Assembly: GCA_017524525.1 (NCBI GenBank)
Contig: JAFXVM010000003.1
Location: 1,836-65,835, forward strand
DNA: 64,000 bases
Direction of reading: 5' to 3'
From: Alphaproteobacteria bacterium
Lineage (GTDB): Bacteria; Pseudomonadota; Alphaproteobacteria; Rs-D84
The stretch's first letter is position 1. Each line of letters opens with the position of its first letter. The notes beneath the pieces were generated by a model. It made no database searches, was not told the origin of the DNA, and was given only the letters and a program-made list of their open reading frames with translations. Shown here piece by piece: positions 18,621 through 25,528 of the stretch. The translations under genes and the position numbers were made by a program.

Positions 18621-20132
18621 ATGAAACTGAAACGAAAATTTTTATTAGTGATTTTATTATGCTTGCCATTCTGCAATGCATATGGTGCTGGTAGTGACGA
18701 GACCAGCCTTGCATCAAGCGTTGATGCTATAGCAAACGCGCCAACCCCACAAGAAGCAAAAGCTGCGAAAGAAGCAGCAGAAAAACAAGCAGCGGCTGAA
18801 ACAGGTGTTCAACCACCGCAAAGCAACACTAATGACGCGCAAAACAGTGAAACCGCTAACACAGGTGTTAACACTGCTACCCAGCCTGCCGACAATCCCA
18901 ACGATGACAGCACCGAAAGCACAGATGGCAATACAGGAACAAAAGAACTTAGCGCTGCGGAAAAACAGAAATTAAAAGACAAAAAATCATCTTTTGAAGA
19001 TGCCAAGGCAAACGAACAATCGTTGGCAAATCGCACTTTGACTGCTGCGACAACTGCTGCAACTGGAATTGGCGGAATGCAACTGGCCCAGGGATTGGCT
19101 GAACAAAAGGCAGACAAAGCCGCTGAACAAAATATGGACGCGTATATCGCGACATTCCGTTGCACATATGGGAACGGCAAACAAGTCAAAGCCAGCAGCA
19201 CAGAAATTGAATTGCCCGGCGGAAACGATGCGACCATGATGAAATATCGCGATGAATATTTTGCGTTGGCGCAAAGTTTAAAAGTCCGCAAAGCAGCACT
19301 TGAAATGGCACCTGGCATCGAAGCCGAAGAGATAATGGATAAATCGCAAATGGGACTTTATGATGATGAAAATGTTGGCTTAACGGACGGAACGTATTCA
19401 TCGTTATACCGTGCAAAAATGCTGGGCAGCGAAAAAGACCAACAACAGATTGACGAAGAAAAAAAGAAATCTAAAAACCGCGTAATCGCCGGTGCTGTGG
19501 TTGGTGGCGTCGGTGTGGTTGGTGGCGTAGTTGGAAACAGTTTGATTAATGGTAAAATCGGCGAAAAATTAAAAGAATCCATAAAAAATAAAAAGGCAGG
19601 CAAAGAAACTCAGGCCTTGTTAAAGAAAGAAGTTGCCGCACTTGATGATTTAAAGAAATGTTTAAAATCTGCCGGTGTTAAAGACACAGACAATTTGACA
19701 TTCAAAGAATTTTATCCATCTGTGTTGTTAATCAAAGGCATGAACTGCAAAAATGATTTGCTGGCAAATGATATGAAAGACAAATCCGCAAATGAATTAT
19801 TTCATGATTCATCTACTAATACGGAATATGTCTTAGCGAAATTAAAAGCATCTTTCGGCGAAGAAAACGCAGGACGCATGATTGGATGCAAAATTACGGA
19901 AACAAATGGTTGTGTCAGCCATTTACAAAGCTCCCTTGACTCTGTGAAAAAGGCATTCAAAGAAGCCGAAGAAAACGATAAAGAAGAAGCAAAATCTCTC
20001 GGTATAGATTTAAGCGATTTTGCAACTGGCGCAGGCGAAGGTCTCGGCAGCGCCGCTTCTATGTTTGGCGGATCATTGTTATCTAAAATTACTGGCACAA
20101 CCACCACTGACGAAGATGATGGGGAAGAATAA
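18621..20132 (+). CDS. Secreted protein with one Gly-rich TM segment and low-complexity regions, unknown function
   Basis: ATG at 18621 gives signal peptide MKLKRKFLLVILLCLPFCNAYG. TM segment VIAGAVVGGVGVVGGVVGNSLI. Third gene of the 15990 operon. Confidence 0.75.
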   Translation: MKLKRKFLLVILLCLPFCNAYGAGSDETSLASSVDAIANAPTPQEAKAAKEAAEKQAAAETGVQPPQSNTNDAQNSETANTGVNTATQPADNPNDDSTESTDGNTGTKELSAAEKQKLKDKKSSFEDAKANEQSLANRTLTAATTAATGIGGMQLAQGLAEQKADKAAEQNMDAYIATFRCTYGNGKQVKASSTEIELPGGNDATMMKYRDEYFALAQSLKVRKAALEMAPGIEAEEIMDKSQMGLYDDENVGLTDGTYSSLYRAKMLGSEKDQQQIDEEKKKSKNRVIAGAVVGGVGVVGGVVGNSLINGKIGEKLKESIKNKKAGKETQALLKKEVAALDDLKKCLKSAGVKDTDNLTFKEFYPSVLLIKGMNCKNDLLANDMKDKSANELFHDSSTNTEYVLAKLKASFGEENAGRMIGCKITETNGCVSHLQSSLDSVKKAFKEAEENDKEEAKSLGIDLSDFATGAGEGLGSAASMFGGSLLSKITGTTTTDEDDGEE

Positions 20133-20140
20133 AGAATATA

Positions 20141-20168
20141 AAAAAACACCGCGCAAAGCGGTGTTTTA
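20141..20168. terminator. Bidirectional intrinsic terminator
   Basis: A-run, CACCGC/GCGGTG stem, T-run, between convergent genes. Confidence 0.75.
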
Positions 20169-20187
20169 ATTTGAATCACAAAAACAA

Positions 20188-20826
20188 TTATTCGGCTTTT
20201 GCTTTCTTAGAAGTTTTTTTCGCTTTTGGTGCTGCTTCTTCTTTTACTTCTTCTTTTACTTCTTCGACCTTTTCTTCTGCTGCTTCATCGCGGCTCTGCT
20301 CTGCAGAGACGGATTCTTCTTCAACTTTCTTTGTTCCAAAGGTCAATTTTTTACCAGCGACCAAAGCATCAATTTCATCTTGTGTTTGTGCAACATAAAC
20401 TTTTACATCAACAACAACATCTGGATGCAAAGCGATTTTTGTATCAAACACACCGATTGATTTGATTGGGGAACCCAACAAAACCTGGGCGGATTCAACA
20501 CTAACCCCAGCGATTTCTTTCAAAGCACGTGCAATATCGCGTGAAGACACAGAACCATACAATTGACCTGTATCGCCAGCCTGACGAATCATGTGTAATT
20601 TTGCATTTTTAACTGCATCAACCTTAGATTCAGCCGTTTTCTTGGCATTTTCATGTCTTGCGACAATTTCTGCTTTCTTGGCTTCAAACAAAGCAACATT
20701 TTCTTTTGTGAAACGCATCGCTTTGTTATTTGGCAACAAATAATTACGAGCATAACCAGTTTTTACTTCGACTGTATCACCGATATTACCCAATTTTGTA
20801 ATTTTTTCTGTTAATATAACTTTCAT
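20188..20826 (-). CDS. rplI: 50S ribosomal protein L9 with a Lys/Glu-rich C-terminal extension
   Basis: MKVILTEKITKLGNIGDTVEVKTGYARNYLLP. 212 aa, including the tail EEKVEEVKEEVKEEAAPKAKK. Confidence 0.93.
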   Translation of the reverse strand: MKVILTEKITKLGNIGDTVEVKTGYARNYLLPNNKAMRFTKENVALFEAKKAEIVARHENAKKTAESKVDAVKNAKLHMIRQAGDTGQLYGSVSSRDIARALKEIAGVSVESAQVLLGSPIKSIGVFDTKIALHPDVVVDVKVYVAQTQDEIDALVAGKKLTFGTKKVEEESVSAEQSRDEAAEEKVEEVKEEVKEEAAPKAKKTSKKAKAE

Positions 20827-20877
20827 TTTATCTGTCCTTTTTTCAAGTTAGGGTCTTTCAACCCAGATTATTTTATA

Positions 20878-20978
20878 AATCGGTAAGAATGGTATAGATG
20901 CGCCGTTGTTGGCAAGTGCAGTGTACAAATGCTACATAAACGCGCCAACAACCAGCAGATATGCCATTATAACCGATT
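20878..20978. repeat. ~100-nt imperfect palindrome in the rpsR-rplI spacer
   Basis: Left arm aaatcggtaagaatggtatagatgcgccgttgttggc. The right arm is its imperfect reverse complement gccaacaaccagcagatatgccattataaccgattt, with about 28 of 37 positions pairing. Confidence 0.6.
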
Positions 20979-21206
20979 TTAGCCTAAATTATTTCTAACG
21001 AAAGGCATCAACCCCAAATGACGCGCACGCTTAATAGCCTGTGCCAAAGCACGTTGATCTTTCTGTGACACACCAGATATACGAGATGGAACGATTTTTC
21101 CACGTTCTGTGATATAGTGTGACAATAATTTGATATCTTTGTAATCAATCACTTTACCTTTCAAAGGGTTAGATTTTTTACGATAAATTGCTGCACGAAC
21201 TGCCAT
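20979..21206 (-). CDS. rpsR: 30S ribosomal protein S18
   Basis: 75 aa. [35 protein letters not shown]. Confidence 0.95.
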   Translation of the reverse strand: MAVRAAIYRKKSNPLKGKVIDYKDIKLLSHYITERGKIVPSRISGVSQKDQRALAQAIKRARHLGLMPFVRNNLG

Positions 21207-21547
21207 TATGCCACCTCTTCTTCTGTATTTTTCTTCATCATGATAGAAGGTGTCTTAGACAATTCTTCAACACGAACATTCAAGAAACGAATAACATCTT
21301 CATCAATTCTGGAACGACGTTCTAATTCTGTAATTTGGTTACCAGGCAATTCAATGTTCAACATAACATAGTGAGCCTTGCGATTCTTACGAATAACGTA
21401 AGCCAAATTTTTCAAACCCCAAAATTCAGTGGATTTAACATCGCCACCCAATTCTTTGATTATTTGTGTAAATTTTGCCGCTTTTTCTTTAACTTGCGGT
21501 TCAGTCAAGTCCTGACGAAAAACCAGGACGCTTTCATAATAAGCCAT
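21206..21547 (-). CDS. rpsF: 30S ribosomal protein S6
   Basis: [14 protein letters not shown]... consensus. Overlaps the rpsR start by 1 nt. Confidence 0.93.
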   Translation of the reverse strand: MAYYESVLVFRQDLTEPQVKEKAAKFTQIIKELGGDVKSTEFWGLKNLAYVIRKNRKAHYVMLNIELPGNQITELERRSRIDEDVIRFLNVRVEELSKTPSIMMKKNTEEEVA

Positions 21548-21570
21548 TTTATTTCCTTTGGTTTATATCA

Positions 21571-21593
21571 GCCGACGACCCCATGTCGCCAGC
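21571..21593 (-). promoter_or_regulatory. GC-rich 9-bp hairpin in the rpsF 5' leader (possible S6:S18 autoregulatory structure)
   Basis: On the minus strand GCUGGCGAC-AUGGG-GUCGUCGGC lies about 20 nt upstream of the RBS. It stands out in an AT-rich leader. Confidence 0.3.
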
Positions 21594-21675
21594 AGGAACA
21601 GGATTATTATGAAGATTTTTTACAAAAAAGCAAGTATTTTTATACAACCTATATAATATATGTATTAAATCCCTG

Positions 21676-21705
21676 TTGACAGGACAATAAAATTTTTACT
21701 AAGAT
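21676..21705 (+). promoter_or_regulatory. Sigma70-like promoter for the MotA-like gene
   Basis: TTGACA, 18 nt spacer, TAAGAT, about 25 nt upstream of the RBS/ATG at 21729. Confidence 0.4.
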
Positions 21706-21728
21706 TTGATTAAAGCAAAGGGAAAAGG

Positions 21729-22862
21729 ATGAAAAAATTCCATAGAAATCTTAATATCATGTCCGTTTTTACGGCGCTTTTGTTGATATTCGCCCTAATT
21801 TTTTGGCGCACGTTTCTTAATATCGCAATAACAAACATCTTTCTTAACGGCATTATAATTGGCACAATATTCTTTGGAATTGGGCTTTGTTTTGTGAATA
21901 TGTTTAAATTATTACCAGAATACAACTGGATGCACGCTTATTTCAAAGGTCGCGCAAATCATGGTTTTTCTCCTAAGTTATTGCGCCCTATTTCGTTGGC
22001 ATTGCGTAATAAACACCTGCATATAACAACATCAGATTTGACAGAATTGCTTGATTTAGTCGCATCAAGAATCGAAGAAGAACGCGATTCGGTTCGTTAT
22101 GTGACAAACACCTTGATTTTTCTGGGGTTGCTCGGGACATTTTGGGGTTTAATCATCACGGTTGGCGGATTCGCGCAAATATTAATGAACATTGATTTCA
22201 GCAACGCTTCTGTATTGCACGAAATGCAATTGGGGATGGCGGGTCCATTATCAGGGATGGCAACCGCATTTACAAGTTCTTTACTTGGCTTGGCGGGCAG
22301 TTTGATTGTCGGCTTTCTTGGGTTGCAATTACAATTTGCCCAAACAACTATGTTTAATGAATTGTCCGATTTCATGTCTCAACACATCTTACAAAGACCA
22401 AGCGAAGACGCATGTATCAAAGTATGCGAATGCGCGCCAGTCAAAGAAGATACTTATACAAAAATATCTGCGATGTTTGACTCTTTCACTAACGCTGGCT
22501 ATGATGTTCGCCGCTTAACCAGACTAGACACATATCCAATTATTGTCGCAATCGGCACCCAAGAACAAGTTTTCATAGCAACCCTATGCGAAGACCGCGA
22601 ACTGTTGCAGACATTTTTGAAACGACTTGATTTATGTTTTGCCGACACTTTGGATAACATTGAAATAAACACAACGATTTTCTGTGTGTCGCCAAACAAT
22701 GTCGATTTAGGTAATCGTGTAAAACGTTTTTCAACTACAGATGCACTTGATAACTATTTGGCAAAACATCAAAATGTACTTCCTGTGACCCAAGAAGACA
22801 AAGATACATTTATTGCTTATGCAGAATACATAGACACAGTTGTGGAATATGTATTAAAATAA
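21729..22862 (+). CDS. MotA/TolQ/ExbB proton-channel family protein with a ~160-aa cytoplasmic C-terminal domain of unknown function
   Basis: TM helices and the channel signature FLGLLGTFWGLI...GMATAFTSSLLGLAGSLIVGF. The C-terminal half has no recognisable motif. Confidence 0.8.
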   Translation: MKKFHRNLNIMSVFTALLLIFALIFWRTFLNIAITNIFLNGIIIGTIFFGIGLCFVNMFKLLPEYNWMHAYFKGRANHGFSPKLLRPISLALRNKHLHITTSDLTELLDLVASRIEEERDSVRYVTNTLIFLGLLGTFWGLIITVGGFAQILMNIDFSNASVLHEMQLGMAGPLSGMATAFTSSLLGLAGSLIVGFLGLQLQFAQTTMFNELSDFMSQHILQRPSEDACIKVCECAPVKEDTYTKISAMFDSFTNAGYDVRRLTRLDTYPIIVAIGTQEQVFIATLCEDRELLQTFLKRLDLCFADTLDNIEINTTIFCVSPNNVDLGNRVKRFSTTDALDNYLAKHQNVLPVTQEDKDTFIAYAEYIDTVVEYVLK

Positions 22863-22887
22863 ACGATTTAAGAGAGAGGGAAAAAAC

Positions 22888-23973
22888 ATGTTGAATGTAA
22901 GATTTAAAGATAAAACTAATGCATGGCCAGGGTTCGTAGATTTGTTTTCTAACCTGGTAATCATTTTAATATTCTTGTTAATTGTATTCGTGTTTTTGTG
23001 GACAACGACCAGTGTATTTAATAAAAATTCTGGTGCCAAACGCGTTGCTGAATTACAAGAAGCCCAACAAGCACAAGCAGAACAAATAGAACAAATGACC
23101 GCCGATAAACAAGAAGCGGAACAGTTGTTAATTGCTGCTCGTGATGCACTGGAAAGCCAAGAACAACAAATTGCAACACAACAACAACAGCAAGAAAATC
23201 TTGCTAATGCTTATGAAGACCAAATTGCAGTTCTAACCTCACAGCAAGCCGAGTTGGCAAAGCAGATTTCTCTGCTTACTGAACAATTAAAACTTGCCAC
23301 GGAAGAAAAACAACAACTGGCAGAAAACAGCGCGGAAGATCGCGAAGACATTTTAAGCCAAGCAAATTCAGAAATTGAAGAATTAAATTTGCGTATTGCA
23401 GAACTAGAAAATGCACTTGACGAAGCAGAAAAAGCAGCGGAAGCCAAAGAAGTCGAATACGTTGAAATGTCAAACCGTTTGAACACCGCATTGGCTGAAA
23501 AAGTTGCAGAATTAACAGAATACCAATCTGCTTTCTATAAACAGGTAAAAACAGCTTTGGGTGAAAATTCATCTATTAAACCCGAAGGTGACAGATTCAT
23601 AATCCAAAGCGATATTTTATTCAACAGTGGGTCATATAAAATTTCTGCCGACGGCAAAGCCCAATTAAAAATACTGGCAGGTCTTATCAAAGATCTTGAA
23701 AATAAAATCCCCAGCGATATTGACTGGATTATCCGTATTGACGGGCACACAGACAGCAAACCTGTGATTCCTGGCACCACAGCATATTGGAACAACATGC
23801 AGTTATCTTTGTTGCGTGCTGCGGCTGTTGCAGATGAATTCATAAGAAACGGCGTTTCAAAACCACGATTGATTCCAACAGGTTTTGGTGATATGAACCC
23901 TGTGGCTGACGGCAAAGATGCAAAAAGTCTTCAAAAGAACCGCCGTATAGAATTACAGTTGACAAACAGATAA
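22888..23973 (+). CDS. MotB/OmpA-family peptidoglycan-binding protein with a long coiled coil
   Basis: N-terminal WPGFVDLFSNLVIILIFLL plug/TM. About 170 aa of Gln/Glu/Ala-rich heptad-like sequence. C-terminal OmpA-like domain (IDGHTDSKP...NMQLSLLRAAAV...NRRIEL). Confidence 0.8.
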   Translation: MLNVRFKDKTNAWPGFVDLFSNLVIILIFLLIVFVFLWTTTSVFNKNSGAKRVAELQEAQQAQAEQIEQMTADKQEAEQLLIAARDALESQEQQIATQQQQQENLANAYEDQIAVLTSQQAELAKQISLLTEQLKLATEEKQQLAENSAEDREDILSQANSEIEELNLRIAELENALDEAEKAAEAKEVEYVEMSNRLNTALAEKVAELTEYQSAFYKQVKTALGENSSIKPEGDRFIIQSDILFNSGSYKISADGKAQLKILAGLIKDLENKIPSDIDWIIRIDGHTDSKPVIPGTTAYWNNMQLSLLRAAAVADEFIRNGVSKPRLIPTGFGDMNPVADGKDAKSLQKNRRIELQLTNR

Positions 23974-24006
23974 AAAATAAGCCGCCTTTTTGGCGGTTTA
24001 TTTTAT
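23974..24006. terminator. Bidirectional intrinsic terminator
   Basis: A-run, CCGCC/GGCGG stem, T-run. Confidence 0.7.
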
Positions 24007-24828
24007 TTTTTCAAAACGTTGTAAATTCATTTTTGATATTATTTCTTCTGCTTCGTCAAAATGACGCGCAATATCTGCAACTCGGTGCGCATCATCACTG
24101 ATTAAAACAGGAACATTATTTTTTGCAACCATCTTCAAAATACGATTTGACGGGTAAGGTTCATAATAATCAGGTCTATAAAACGACGTATTTATTTCAA
24201 CAGCAGTCTTTGATGCAGCCACATTTTCAACCGCCCTGCTTTCATATTCAGCCCATTTTTCTTCGCGTCCCAAACCGACCTTTTTCGGCAAATCCAGATG
24301 TGCCATCCAATCAAACAGCCCTGATTCAGCCGCACGCGCCACACCTTGCCAATATTTTTTCAATAAAATTTCTTGTGTTTCAGCATCTGCTGCTTTTAAA
24401 TCATGAACATTAAGAATTTTTCCACCATGTTCCACAAAATGTTTCGCACCAATAATATAATCTGGTCTTAAAATCTTCATTGTTTTTTGAAAATTATTTT
24501 GCCATCTTGAATCATCAAAAAAATCTACTTCCATACCAAACAAAACATTTATATCTGGTTTAACACTGCGCGCACATTCAATCACAGAATAATTATTAAG
24601 GAAACGTTGAATAACTTCCTGAAAAGACGTCGAATACATGTTGCTGTACCCGCCGCGTATAGCATAATTATAGGCTCTTGATTTTTTTATATGCGGATGG
24701 ACGATAAAATGGTTAGAAATCCCAATAGTCTTTAACCCTAGTTCTCTGGCACGATTCACCATTTCCATCACAGCATTTCGTCCATCAAAGCCAACTGTAT
24801 GAGTATGAAGAGTATAATTTTGCATCAT
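23998..24828 (-). CDS. PHP-domain histidinol-phosphatase (HisJ family)-like hydrolase
   Basis: N-terminal LHTHTVGFDG metal-binding motif and a ~275-aa PHP architecture (...ISDDAH). Confidence 0.75.
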   Translation of the reverse strand: MMQNYTLHTHTVGFDGRNAVMEMVNRARELGLKTIGISNHFIVHPHIKKSRAYNYAIRGGYSNMYSTSFQEVIQRFLNNYSVIECARSVKPDINVLFGMEVDFFDDSRWQNNFQKTMKILRPDYIIGAKHFVEHGGKILNVHDLKAADAETQEILLKKYWQGVARAAESGLFDWMAHLDLPKKVGLGREEKWAEYESRAVENVAASKTAVEINTSFYRPDYYEPYPSNRILKMVAKNNVPVLISDDAHRVADIARHFDEAEEIISKMNLQRFEKIK

Positions 24829-25078
24829 AATATATCGTTTTATCTTGCCTTGCGTTTGCGTCTAAAATTCACCAGATTAATAATCTTTTTTTGCTTTTTT
24901 TCATAGTCAATTGTGATACCTGTGACACACAAATTGTACAAAAATTTTTCTAAACGCTGCCGAAAGTTAGTATCTTTTTTGTGTTTCATCATAAAATCTT
25001 TGGTTATTTTACCATTTCATTATTAACTACATAAAAGTCTTTGTCAATAAACAGCATATATTAAATAAAAAATAATAT

Positions 25079-25106
25079 TTGCATTTTATAAAAATATAGT
25101 TATAAT
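25079..25106 (+). promoter_or_regulatory. Sigma70-like promoter of tRNA-Pro
   Basis: TTGCAT, 16 nt spacer, TATAAT, ending 12 nt before the tRNA 5' end. Confidence 0.5.
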
Positions 25107-25118
25107 GAATTTCGTTTT

Positions 25119-25195
25119 CGGGGCGTAGCTCAGTCTGGTAGAGTACTTGGTTTGGGACCAAGGTGTCGAAGGTTCGAATCCTTTCGCCCCGACCA
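25119..25195 (+). tRNA. tRNA-Pro (anticodon UGG), CCA encoded
   Basis: Hand-folded cloverleaf: CGGGGCG/CGCCCCG acceptor, GCTC/GAGT D stem, CTTGG-TTTGGGA-CCAAG anticodon arm, GAAGG-TTCGAAT-CCTTT T arm, then ACCA. Confidence 0.93.
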
Positions 25196-25398
25196 GAAAA
25201 TTCAAACCACCACTTTTGTGGTGGTTTTAATTTTCTCTAAAAAGGGGCGAAAGGATGCGCCAGAGCGTCAGGCACATTTATGTGCCACAAATTGACGCGC
25301 ATGGCGTATACGCAGACGAACAATTAACAACCATTCAAAAACGGATATATTTAATAGAGTTTTTGTTTATGGTTGGTTTATTGTTTGTCAAGGAGAAA
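25196..25398 (+). repeat. tRNA-proximal ~0.2 kb module, copy 1 (homologous to 54052-54267)
   Basis: Shares these elements in the same order with the tRNA-Gln copy: aaaattcaa-hairpin-ttttaatttt; an inverted copy of the tRNA 3' end (ggggcgaaaggat at 25244-25256); core tacgcagacgaacaattaa (17/19 identical); and end ttattgtttgtcaagg (15/16). Confidence 0.75.
25204..25234 (+). terminator. Intrinsic terminator after tRNA-Pro
   Basis: AACCACCAC-TTTT-GTGGTGGTT followed by TTAATTTT. Confidence 0.75.
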
Positions 25399-25419
25399 TC
25401 GCCCCGACCAGAAAGTTAA
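25255..25419 (+). CDS. Candidate 54-aa small protein with a hydrophobic C-terminal helix, inside the tRNA-Pro module
   Basis: AAAGGGG lies 7 nt before the ATG. MRQSVRHIYVPQIDAHGVYADEQLTTIQKRIYLIEFLFMVGLLFVKEKSPRPES. The TAA stop is followed by the hairpin at 25421-25445. The D-x-H...YADE-x-L stretch is conserved in the tRNA-Gln copy with three synonymous third-base changes, but that copy has ACG instead of ATG. Confidence 0.25.
   Translation: MRQSVRHIYVPQIDAHGVYADEQLTTIQKRIYLIEFLFMVGLLFVKEKSPRPES
25399..25414 (+). repeat. 16-nt direct repeat of the tRNA-Pro 3' end (att-like)
   Basis: tcgccccgaccagaaa is identical to 25184-25199. Confidence 0.85.
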
Positions 25420-25522
25420 AGACCGCTTATCAGAGCGGTTTTTCTTTTGTATTCCAATATCTTCGCTGAGTTCGAGAATTAAGTTTTTGGGAAGTACTGT
25501 TTTTTTGCTATTGTTCGAACTC
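25406..25522. repeat. Terminator-associated repeat, copy A
   Basis: Hairpin ACCGCT/AGCGGT plus a T-run, conserved spacer cttttgtattccaatatcttcgct, then long-range stem gagttcga...tcgaactc. The 45-nt core is 42/45 identical to copy B. Confidence 0.75.
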
Positions 25523-25528
25523 GTTATA

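Noticed and set aside
21729-23973. MotA/MotB-like pair as a Zorya anti-phage system
   Set aside because: - No ZorC/ZorD/ZorE-like genes are adjacent.
- The A subunit (377 aa) lacks the very long ZorA tail.
- The flanks are ribosomal-protein and housekeeping genes.

The pair is kept only as an orphan stator-like pair of unknown role.
24840-24992. 50-codon ORF (MMKHKKDTNFRQRLEKFLYNLCVTGITIDYEKKQKKIINLVNFRRKRKAR) just upstream of the PHP phosphatase gene
   Set aside because: It has no RBS and no recognisable motif, and its basic low-complexity composition is expected from AT-rich DNA. There is insufficient support to call it a gene.
25236-25415. GC-richer segment starting GGGGCGA... and ending ...TCGCCCCGACCA after tRNA-Pro (and its tRNA-Gln counterpart at 54090-54285) considered as tmRNA (ssrA), including the permuted alphaproteobacterial form
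   Set aside because: - It is only ~170 nt long.
- There is no T-arm (GGTTCGA..) before the terminal acceptor-like strand.
- Position 3:70 would be G-C, not the G-U alanine identity pair.
- No AND...AA-type tag reading frame is present.
- The terminal 16 nt are simply an exact copy of the adjacent tRNA 3' end.
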